Shown here: piece by piece, positions 1 through 16,300 of the stretch | Numbering within the stretch: the stretch's first letter is position 1 | Layout: every line of letters starts with the position of its first letter | Assembly: GCF_000150275.1 (NCBI RefSeq) | Contig: NW_002060944.1 | Span: 7,454,735-7,518,734, forward strand | Source: Trichoplax adhaerens | Taxonomy: Eukaryota > Animalia > Placozoa | DNA: 64,000 nucleotides | Reading direction: 5' to 3' | The notes under the pieces: generated by a model | Databases searched by the model: none | Told to the model about the DNA's origin: nothing | The model's input: the letters and a program-made list of their open reading frames with translations, nothing else | Program-made: the position numbers and the translations under genes

Positions 1-4942
<4,942 letters not shown>

Positions 4943-5286
4943 CTGAAGAAAAAGATCGTTTTAAGAGTACACTTTAGCATATCTACATAGTACAACATCT
5001 ATAATACAGTGGAGCCTTACATATCACAACATCAATAGCTACAGCACACTTTCGTTATCACAAATAATAACTGATCGATTAATAACGCTGATGCAATCAT
5101 CCCTCAAACTGTCCTGGTTCTGTTAAAGTTCTACATCATACTGTTTATAGTACCGCAGAGCATAAATGTTACTACATCTCTGAGCTAAGGCAAGTAGAGA
5201 AAATTTTTCAATCTTTATTGTATAGCATAAAGGACCTTAATTAAAATGAAGTTAATTCTCGCTATCCATATGAGAACACTTGACTA

Positions 5287-5680
5287 AAATTGCTGTTTAC
5301 ATGAGGTATCTCAGAAATGTCCTAACTTGTTTCAATTAATTCTTCAAGTAGCAGAATTGCTCAATTGATTGGATACAAGAGGCTTACCAATATCGTGATG
5401 GGAATTTAAACTGAACCAAGAAATCGCTGTTTACGTAACGTATCTCAGAAATGTCCTAACTTATTTCAATTTCTAAAGTAGCAGAATTGCTCAATTGATT
5501 GGATACAAGAGGCTTACCAATATCGTGATGGGAATTTAAACTGAACCAAGAAATTACTGTTTACATAACGTATCTCAGAAATGTCCTAACCTATTTTAAT
5601 TCCTAAAGTAGTAGAATTGCTCAATTGATTGGATACAAGAGGCTTACCAATATTGTGATGGGAATTTAAACTAAACCAAG
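5287..5680. repeat. Tandem repeat, 3 copies of a ~130-134 bp unit
   Basis: gtatctcagaaatgtcctaac begins at 5306, 5440 and 5570; agaattgctcaattgattggatacaagaggcttaccaatat occurs three times. Confidence 0.95.
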
Positions 5681-6329
5681 TGTTATGAATATGTACAGTA
5701 AGTTACGAACATAGGGCTTATTAAAATGTCGTTAAACTACCAGAAAATAAAAATATTCTTCCGTTTTACTAAATTTAATAAAGTGGAAAATGTAAGAATT
5801 TTCTACTATAATTGCTGTATGCTAATACTGGGATAATGCTACTAATTTTAACATAGTATCATTTTCGTAATGCGGCTTAGTAACAATAGTTAATTAGCTA
5901 CTATATTGTATTTGCCTATCCTGAAGATTAATAACAGAATGCAACACAAAAATGTGGCAAAACTGACTATTTATAACTTCACCGTTTCTGTACTATTCTG
6001 TTATTCACTGTAAATTAATATAATATCAGCAATAAAACGTTACAAATTTGAAACATTCTTCATCATTCGATATGTCATACCATGAATATAGCATATATAT
6101 ATATAGTATATAAAATAGATATGGATAAGAATGTAAAATATAGCACTATCTTACGTAGTGTATTACGAAAGGAATATGAATGGAAAATTAGCCCTATGGG
6201 TTCTGATGTGGCAGCAACGTAGTGCGTGTAGATTATATTAACTTAACCGAATATTGTGTATTTTGATATTCTATTCTGAGTAATACTTGAGTAAAAAAGA
6301 TGTGATTTTTAAAATTAGACAAGTAGTAC

Positions 6330-7870
6330 AGTGCCAACAGTACCGTAGTATATAACAGAACTACATCATGTTGTGCATTTTATCATTTTGGGCTGTTTAA
6401 TATAGTTTAAACAAGACTTTGAAAATACTGGTCGATGAAATCGTACCTTGTTTACGCGTCCAAATTCGTTTTCCAGTCCTCCGAACTCCATGCAATGTAC
6501 CATCCATGGATAGAAATATCAGTACAGTGTCATCTTCTATTTGTGTATGCAGTATATCGGCCTATGAAGAGCGAAGCATGTTATACAGAATTAAGAAGAG
6601 AAAAGACAATCTTTCAAATGCTGAATATAGAATGTAGTTAAGCTTGAGTAGTAATGAATTTTGACAAGGCCAACATTAACGATGGTGGAAAGAATGGAAG
6701 TTATTGGTATATCCATTATTCATTGATTGGGTTAGTGTAATGATGGCTAATACTAAGACTTGTAGCATTTTACTGTTTTAAGATATAAAAAGAGAATAAA
6801 AACAAAGCAATCGTTGCAAGACAGCACCGATAATGGAAAGGGACTAAAGTAATTTGGTGAGTGTAACAACGGCTGTTACTACTACGACTAAAAGCAAGGC
6901 TTGAAAGGTAAAAAAGGTTCAAAAAATCTTTCAAATACTGTACTGTACAGTAATGAATTGGGGGGAAGAGAAGGCATTCTTGCCAATGGCTGAAGGAATT
7001 GAAGTTTGAATCTTGCATTTGCCAAGTGTAATCATGATTATCACTGTTGTACTTTGCATTAAGCTTTCAACGTAGTTCTAGCAATAAGTCAAGATTTTGG
7101 CATCAACTCTTCTTGAAGACCTATCTTTAACTCGTGGTCAAGAGTGTTTGAGGATACAGTAATGAGAAGATTTTACTTGTGTGTTGAAAATGATTGCTAA
7201 CAACAATAATGACTGATATACCGTAATGAGCTAGTTAAATAAAGAGGATGGTAATTACAGTTTTCTATCATAATAACATTTGTATCAAGACTTGGAGTAA
7301 GAGAATCGTTGTACAACTATGATCCGTTAGCCAATACCCGAATAACCATCATCCAATGAGCGCTACAACATGTATTTATGATATGGAGAATTAGAGAGAG
7401 AGAAGTAAACTGGACTGATTATTCTACTATTGCTAGTTGTTGAATGAATAATGAAGCTATAGCAGGCAGAATTGAGACTGCAATTGCTGACTGAGTTGGT
7501 TGCTCTTCTACGCCGATGTTGGCCATGGCGATTGGAAAACAGCCTAATTACCTTGTTTGCATGGCAGTTTTGGTAAAAGGTTAACACTAACACAAGCCAA
7601 ACCAAGCACTTGAGCATTTTGGACAGAGAAAGTTCAAGAAAATGAGGGTAGAAAAATGAAAAAAAATTGTTCAGCAATTGCTTGTCAACATCGTTGGCCA
7701 ATCGGTTGGATAGAGAAAGTAGCTTGACATAGAGCGTCAAGAAGTTAATTGAATCGCACTTGTGCCGTCGCTTCAGATACGTTGTAGTGGATTACCAAGG
7801 TTAAATTTGTTTCCTCTTTTCCTTTTCGACATGCACAATGGAGTCGATTAAGAAGACATGAGTGGAAAGG
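6330..7870 (+). mobile_element. Heavily decayed hAT-superfamily (ZNF862-like) transposase relic
   Basis: Colinear motif remnants across stops and frameshifts: YNRTTSCCAFYHF (~6350-6390), VVMNFDKANINDGGKNG (~6648-6700; cf. hAT D-G-A-x-x-M-x-G-x-x-x-G), LKEL/SLNLAF (~6990-7025) and KKLIESHLCRR..DTL*WITKVK...WSRLRR (~7740-7860; cf. hAT C-terminal dimerisation domain). Recognised by eye only. Confidence 0.5.
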
Positions 7871-8014
7871 AATAATCTTGAAGAAGTTGTTGTTGTTGTC
7901 ACAGCCACTGCAAGGGGTAGTTATAATGGCAGTCTCCGTGTCGCTGATTTTATCCAAAGTGGTGATGGAGAGCAAGCAGGATCAGCTACCATTGAGGTAA
8001 CACGTCAACACACA

Positions 8015-10400
8015 CCGTACAGTACTGCAGCGCAAGACTGTAAACAGTATATGTATACCGTAGTGTTGTACAGTACAGTAGTGGGCACAGTAGTTGAGAT
8101 TGTTCTTTTCCAGTGACTGCACCGTAGGGCTTGCAAGGCCAGAGATGTTGATGACGAAGGCAATAAAACCTGTATGGATGTATCCACAGTGAGATATCAA
8201 AAGAAGCACCGCAATGGCTAAAAATACGACCGTCTAGTAGATGGCATCATAAACAGCCATCGGACAAAAATATATTTCTTTGTTGGTGATTTGACAGCAA
8301 CTGATCCATATACAGCGCTGTATGGCATACGGTAGAGTTCAGTGTGTACTATATCAACCTTGTCAAGTACTGCCCAGTACTTTGTATGGTATACTGTACA
8401 GTACATTGTATTGTGCCTTGTACTGTCTGGACACATTTTTTTATACAAAGCCAAATAAAATGCGTCCAGAGTAGCTCTTTTTAAGAGTGCCTGATGACTG
8501 ATCCACAGCAGGCGGAAAGCTTTGGATCAGCCTAGTGTACTTTTGATTGAGGTTTTGCTCTCCCATTCTCAGTGAAGAATATCTCGAAAAAGCTGTATAA
8601 CATATAGTACAGTACGCTGTAGAGGACTGTTGTACAGTACAGTGGAAGGTCCTTCTCTATCTGTATTCGGTGTTGCTTTCGTAGCGAACAACATTAGCCA
8701 AAAACGGCCTACTGTACAGTACTGTACAGTGATGGTACTGTTATTATAGATGGTCCTTGTACATGCGCATACTTTCCAAAAAGGTATCACAGACTGAAGT
8801 GCAGTACAGTAAAATGGAAGGTTCCTCTCATGTTAATCTTGGTAATGGCAAAATTTCAACAAGTTTGTAGAGTGAAGAAAATAGAGAAATAGACACTGCT
8901 GTCATTGACTGTTCTGTCTACACACTCGACAGTCATCAACACCATATCTGTTATTATCGATCCAATTGGATTTTTCTTATGAACGTTTTGCTTTTGCTTC
9001 CGTTTCCCAGTGAAGAATAGCAAAAGGTCAAAAGCTGATCACTGGAACCATGGCAAGGTACTGACTACAATTGTATAGGACTGTATATCAAGCTCAAAGA
9101 CCCATACGTACGGTGGCTGACTCCTGAGGAGGGCGTACCGCTTTTACTCTTCTGACGAGTGTTCATTTACTGTACCATTAAAGAGCGCGTTTACACATCG
9201 ACTGCTTTATTTTACGTCGTATAGTATTCTACTATGACTACGAAATCTGTAGATAGACCTGACTGTCTAGTACAGTACAGTACTATACAGTACAGTAGAG
9301 CTGAACTACGAGCAGTGGAGCACAGTGCCAACATTACAGTGTACAGTACCAGAAAATGCCTAGTACTGTACTGTATAAGCTACTTTCTACTGTACTCGAT
9401 ACTGCTAGAGGCTATTGTACTGTATGGCTCCGTACAGTAGTTTCGTCTCTATACTGGTAGTCAAGTATTGAATGTATCCTTCATTGAGACACGCACCCAG
9501 TGAAAACGATGACAAACCACTTCAAAATACTAGGAGCTTCAACCTTGCTCAACGCTTGACAGTGTACTGTACAGTACTGCATACTGTACTGTAAGTTACT
9601 TTCTACGGTACTGTACAGTACAGTATGTAGCTGGCTGCTGGCCATGGTAAAATAGTCAAATCAATCCAATCAAAATACTGTACAGACTGCAATCACCTAC
9701 TGTATAAAGAAGGCTGTTGTATGCTCCGTACAGTATAGCAGTTTCCTTTGTACAGTATAGCCCTACTCAACTATGGAATGCATCAGTCAGTGAGAAAGCA
9801 ACACGTACCAAGTGAAAACGACGACAAACCACTTCAAATTACTTGGAGCGTCAACCTTGTACAACGCTTGACAGTGGGCTGTCAGTGGCTAGTCTACAGT
9901 GTACAGTACAGTAAGTTACTTTCCACGGTACTGTACTGTACAGTGTACACTGTGTACTGTACCGTAGCTGTCCACGGTAAAATAGTAAAATCCAATCCAA
10001 TCAAAATACAGACTGCAATCACTTCTACAGAAGGCTGTTGTATGCTCCGTACAGTACAGCAGTTTCCTGTGTACAGTATAGCCCTACTCAACTATGGAAT
10101 GCATCAGTCAGTGAGAAAGCAACACGTACCAAGTGAAAACGACGACAAACCACTTCAAATTAATTGGAGCGTCAACCTTGTACAACGCTTGACAGTGGGC
10201 TGTCAGTGGCTAGTCTACAGTGTACAGTACAGTAAGTTACTTTCCACGGTACAGTACTGTACACTGTGTACAGTACTGTACCGTAGCTGTCCACGGTAAA
10301 ATAGTAAAATCCAATCCAATCAAAATACAGACTGCAATCACTTCTACAGAAGGCTGTTGTATGCTCCGTACAGTACAGCAGTTTCCTGTGTACAGTATAG
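8015..10400. repeat. Region densely interspersed with TACAGTA/TACTGTA/TACCGTA motif runs
   Basis: Examples: tactgtacagtactgtacagtg (~8710), gtacagtacagtactatacagtacagta (~9270), gtactgtactgtacagtgtacactgtgtactgtaccgta (~9928). Confidence 0.9.
8150..8960 (-). pseudogene. Decayed remnant of an invertebrate transposon-associated ORF (H3TH-like LSGCDT..FGK motif plus LPPC..HxKRA..IW motif)
   Basis: Minus-strand remnants VDRTVNDSSV (~8890-8920), LPF[footprint]..AL..CDT..FGK (8772-8820) and KPQSKVH*ADPKLSACCGSVIRH..KRAT..FIW (~8450-8555). Frameshifted and interrupted by TACAGTA/TACTGTA inserts. Confidence 0.35.
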
Positions 10401-10510
10401 CCCTACTCAACTATGGAATGCATCAGTCAGTGAGAAAGCAACACGTACCAAGTGAAAACGACGACAAACCGCTTCAAATTACTTGGAGCGTCAAGCTTCT
10501 CCAACACTTG
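9480..10510. repeat. Tandem repeat of ~3.2 copies of a ~320 bp unit; copies 2 and 3 are near-identical
   Basis: catcagtcagtgagaaagcaacacgtaccaagtgaaaacgacgac at 9781, 10102 and 10421; a diverged first copy starts near 9490. Confidence 0.95.
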
Positions 10511-13350
10511 ACTCGCACAACGCCTACACTAAGATTCGTCGCCAATGGTTCGAGGAAACAGAGGGGAGAAAAAAAAAAAAATGCCCAAAGAAGGCGCAGT
10601 TGGACTGCCTCACAATCCAACAGTCATCAAGATTTCTCCTAATAGTAATGATTCTCATGCTGAAAGTATGCCTTAAAAGCTTAATTTTACAGAAATGCTA
10701 TTGCCGCTCACTTATTGACTCTTTTTATTCGAGTGACTAGCGTGACTGGATGTTGGAGAGTAATTGAGTTTATATATATATATACACATCACTTTTAAAT
10801 ACGATCACACACACTTTGTTAGACGGTTTAATATAGGGATGCAATACAGTTACACAATGGCTAGGCAGCAAGATGATCACCAATATTGTATAGGCCAGTG
10901 ATCGATCTCGTCCACAGTTTTAATGGCGAATACAACATGGAGGGACATTTTCTTGTTACCGAAATCACACGCTATGACTACCACTACAGTAATCTCCTTT
11001 CGAACGCTCCATTGGATAAATGAAAGCTTCAACTAGCGATCCCATAATCTACTTTCTAACCCCTCCATTCGATAAATCAAAGCTTGAGCGAACGATCCAA
11101 TCGTTTTCATCTTGGACAGCGGTAGTTTGGGGATCATGATAGAATACGATAAAAATCTCAATATTTAGATACTTGAAATACATGGAGGATAATCTCCACT
11201 TGAATGTCGATACCACCAACAAGAATGATACTATCCCATCCATATCCCTAATATAGCAATGGAAAGGAGTTCATTTCTCGATCATAGTGCTATTGCATTC
11301 ACTGAATAAGCCATGCTTCCAATAGCGTTTCATACAAATACAAAACAATCTTTAACGTAGTAGTACACAACATGTTAGAACACACGATGAGAGTAGTTGA
11401 TCGAAGACCGGATGTCAAAATTGTTATCACTATAACACCTTTGATTGCTTGCGACTGATCTTTCTTTCCATCATTACTAACCTAAAATCATATCACGTAG
11501 GTCAATTTACCTCCCTGCAGTTCAAGAAGTACGAGATGCTTTTCTAAATGATGGCTTTATACCTACAATACACAATAACCTGTAGCTTAAAAGACAGATC
11601 ATTGCTATAGTACTACAGCTAATAGATGTGACAATTTTAAACGAAGATACAGCATCTTGTTTAGATAACCTAATATTCTGGCAATTTGGACATCACCGTG
11701 ATTGATATCTTGACCGTAATAACTACTGCCATCTTGAAAACGATCGTCAGTGAATGATCAATAATCTTGCCTCCTTCTTCTATTCATATAGGAAATATCG
11801 CAGAAATACAGGCATGCTTACAAATGATACGGATTGAACGAATGAGGGTAAGTCAATTATTCACAGAAATTTTTCTGAATTTTTTCCTCCCTTCTTCCGA
11901 ACTTGAATGAAGCTCTCTACCTTACTGATTAAGTTGTAAAATGTCAAGCAATGATATAAAGAGTTTGCGTATAAACGACTCTTCCTACTCTAACCTATAT
12001 TTAAAAGAAGCAATGGATTGTGAATCCAACGTGATAAAATAATTCGCTGGAGCATCGTTGTCATCAAAACAACGTACTGTAATGACCGGGTATATTTCAA
12101 TGCTTCATTTCATATCCATCAATGCAGTTTTAACATATTATTAATCAAGATTTGGATAGCAATGTTGTTATTGTTATCATAATACTTGCCCTTCCTGCCA
12201 TACTTTATTCTAATTTGTCCAAATCACACACGACTTTCTTGACGCCTTCCATAGAAAAGTAAGTCGATGAAAAGGAACTTTTTTTATCTAGTCTCGCAGC
12301 CAGGCTACTTTACCTAAATGCCTAATGATCAAACACATCCCAACTTAATCACTTCCTGCCACGGTCCATCAGCTCATTTAATCAGTTGTTATAGATAGCA
12401 AAGATAAAAAAGCGTGGAAGCCAAAATCCACTATGCACTTATTTGTTGTCATCGTTTGGACATACTCCCTTCTTAATTAGAGTAAATAAACAAATGATTC
12501 AATATCTAGACTTGTATGTTAATTCGTCATTTTTTGGGATCGGTATTTTCATTCCCCTGGAATCGACACAATACTCACTTGACTGGCGATCATCTTCACT
12601 TCCAACTTACTCAAACTATTGCTTTGCTTGTTGGAGAAGCAAAATTGTAATGCTGCTAATAATAATACCAATAGCGAAAATGGTGGTACTTCTTCTACTC
12701 AAAACTTGGGCTTGCCTGATGAATACGCTAAATTTTTTTCAAGTAAGCTGGCACTTGTAGTTGGTCATTTGGTATACTTGTAAACAAATTACCAGGCATT
12801 TTTTTCCTGCTTCATCGATATAAAAACAAATTAGTGATTATTAATTATACTGTATATTTTATTCTTGCTTCCTCTGATATCTTAAAAATATCTTATCAGT
12901 TGAATAGGATACCATCTATTAATAAATAGAATTAGCAAGACTTACACATTATCGAAGAAGAGTATCTTTTGCAAACAGTTCATTTATCTATCCAGCTTAA
13001 CGCCTAATAAACTACTGTAGTGAACACGTACAATTGTACAGTTTACACCATCGAGGAATGGCATCATTTTCATGCTGTTGTTCGTCCTGTACAGTAACTC
13101 TATAACTACTACTGTAAAATCTAAATCCAATTCTCAACGGCATTTGCAACTTGATATAGTCATTGTGAATTCGCTTAAACAATTACTAATAGAGTTTCTA
13201 TCACAATTTTTAGCATTGACTTACGTAATTTCACGACTTAGACCAAAATTGATTTTATTTTACTCCTTGGTATGATAAAGCTAAGAAGGAATAGTACCAT
13301 TATAAAAAAATCATTTCATGTTTTTTCTTCATTAACTGAAGGAGACTGCG

Positions 13351-16300
13351 ATGGGACCGGTTCGCCAATTTGTCAGGATCCCAAGGTAACTTCTAAATTC
13401 AGCCGTAACGACAAATATTAATTTCAATTCAATTCTTTCAAATGGATGCCATATCAGTACTTCGCATGGTATCGACAGTAGTGCGTGTAAATAAATATCC
13501 GACATCATACAATCCTCCAATTAATTGATTCACCTTCTTTAGTCATTTATCATCAAATTAACTTCCATCACCCACCACCATATACTGTATTTATTATTCT
13601 TAATTAGTGCTAAAACCTGACCAAGATATGATTAACCTTATCTTGATATAATATATGATTATACAGCATATAAACCTTTGTCATTTTTGTACTATTTTTA
13701 TAGGGAATCTTGGAACTGTTAGGAGGTATGACCGTTTACAACAATATTAACTTTCAAAATGAATAAATTCTTTAGCAAAAATATCGTGTTATCAAAATAC
13801 TTAATCAGCAAATGATCACGATTACTTGCGAGTTTCTTACTGTTTATAACACTTGATTAAATCAGCAATGAAAGATATTTCACAACATTTATCTGTTACA
13901 GCCACAAGCAGCAAAAGCTTTTCACACTATGAAGATATCAAGGATATAGACAAAATTGAGATGTAAGAGTTGAAATTTTTAACTTTTTCACACCATCATA
14001 ATTATAACCTGTGAAATCAACATCAAACCCTAACAGCCTCAAAAAAGGGCATAATAGCACTAAATCTCTGCGGGATAGGGAGGTAAAGTCAGCTGGAAGA
14101 AAATGTTTACATGTTGAGCTGGTACTTAAGCTAATTATTATATATTGTATTATATTCCTAACGAACAGTATCAAAGAAAGACCACAAAAAAGGAAAGAAT
14201 GGATGCAATTACTGTAAGATTTACGTTTTATCTCAACACGATCCTTTGAAAGTCTTGAAGATAATGTAAATATCATCTATTTCAATGCTATTGATTAGGA
14301 TGCTAAACAACAGGCAGAACGACAACTTAATATTAGAAGTGATACAGTGAAAAAAGTAAGAGATATTATGTAGAGTTTAGCCTTACAGCTCATCAGGCAT
14401 AGAATATTTAGTTACCTTACGATAGGCTACAGCTCCTTGGTTGTCGACTTTGTTAAACTTTGCAATTATAGAGCTATATGTATTGTCAATAGATATGATA
14501 TCATCAAAAGATATGTTTTAGTATTGACTTCAATGCCTGTTATAAGTATATCCTCGTATAATAAACTTTTAAATCATAGCAAGTCACCAAGAAAGCTAAA
14601 CCTGTTGTCCCTATTGCAAAAGTAAGAAAGATATTTGTAATTGAACATTTTATATTATATTTTTTTAATGCTTGTAAACAGTTTGGATTAAATGATGACA
14701 AAGGATTAATCCTATTTCCTTACGTTTATTACATCCAAACTAGCCTAAACCGAAAACTAAGAAACAACTTAAAGCTGAACAAAAAAGGCGTGAAAAGGTA
14801 AAAATCTATGACTGTTAATTTAGATAGGTTATGGACTTGCTAACGATATCTATTATTCTATATTTATACTTAGGAAATGGCTGAAATAGCCAATAAATTA
14901 GAGGAAAAACAAAAAATCGATGAAGAAAAGGCTAAAGTAAAAAAGCAGGTAATGATTTTTATCAATAATATACATTTTAAATCTATCAATCAATGCAAAT
15001 TTTGATTACGCTTGCTCCAATTTGCATCTACGGCTATCAAATAGCGAGAAGAAGAAAAGCAAAAATTATTAATGGAACAAGAAAAGTTGCAAAAGAAAAA
15101 ATCTACGACAGCAAAACGATCAGAAATAGAAGAAAAGTCAAACATGTAACTGTCAAACCATGTGTTTTTGTCCGCATTTAAAATAAGGACATTAATAACT
15201 AGATATTATTTTAGGTTGATAAATGGCATTCTTTATGCCAATAGAAGTAACATGTACTTTCTTAACTTTTATTAGGGAAGATGCAGAAGATACAACTATC
15301 AGGTTTCCGTCAATATTTAATTGCATGCTGCTGTGTACATTGTTTTACATGCACTCAATTTGTCCTCTCGATGTGCATATGCTTACGTTATTCCTTTTAA
15401 TAACAGTGAAAATAAAGCAGCAGCAGTATTAACTTTGGAACAAAATAGTAAAAGAAATACTAAATCAAATGATTACACTAAACCAAATAACGAAAGTAAT
15501 ACTGATAAGGAACCATGCAAAGAAGTATGCATCAGTCATTTTATTTTTACTTAATTAGTTAATAAAAAATCGACTAAAACTTCTTTCAATTCTCTAGGAG
15601 GTTGATCAGTTACTAGCTAACGGAAATGGTATGTCAAGTTTTACGATATCATATTTACCTGAAAAACTTGTGTTATCTATATTATATTTACGATTGTTGA
15701 ATTTTACAGATATAAATGAAGATGAAAATAAACCTTCGGTAAAACAATGGCTAATATAAAATACCCATTTACATGTTTATTTATTAAGCCTATTTATATT
15801 TCTTTCTTAGACATCACATTTATATAAAGATCCGCGAAATAAAAAAATCCCCTCTCAACGATATCAAGCAAATAATTCCACCCAAACAAGTAAGAATCTC
15901 ATAAATGTCTTTAATTAGATATTACGTATTACTATATATAGCATTACATACTGTAAATTTGAGTAACTTGATTTTTTTTAGTGCTCATAATTGAGCAATA
16001 ACGTTGTATAATTTTCTTTGCCTTAGCTACGACGAAAAAGAAGACAAATTACAGAAATAATTATGATAACACAGCTTATAGAAATAATGAAGGCCGTAAC
16101 GAAAGGTACTACTACAACGATGAAACAGCTAATACGAATTGGAATGATGAAAGACAAGATAAAACTAAAAATTATAATACTAGCAATCTAAGAGATAAAG
16201 GGCATAACACGGTTATGACCTCAAAGAATAATAATGACCTTAGAGGAAGAAGGGTGACACAGGGCTTTAACAATTACTGTGGTAGCGAAGACATAAGCGT

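Noticed and set aside
9748-10642. ORFs of 183 and 140 aa with internally repeated peptide sequence
   Set aside because: They are translations of the 320-bp tandem repeat. Unit lengths of 321 and 319 bp break the frame, and the Y/C/T/V/Q bias comes from TACAG/CTGTA runs.
10860-12800. Protein-like fragments, e.g. minus-strand IEIYPVITVRCFDDNDAPANYFITLDSQ (~12000-12100) and plus-strand PAVQEVRDAFLNDGF (~11515-11560)
   Set aside because: Possibly further TE-gene debris, but the fragments are short, on opposite strands and not colinear enough to name a family.
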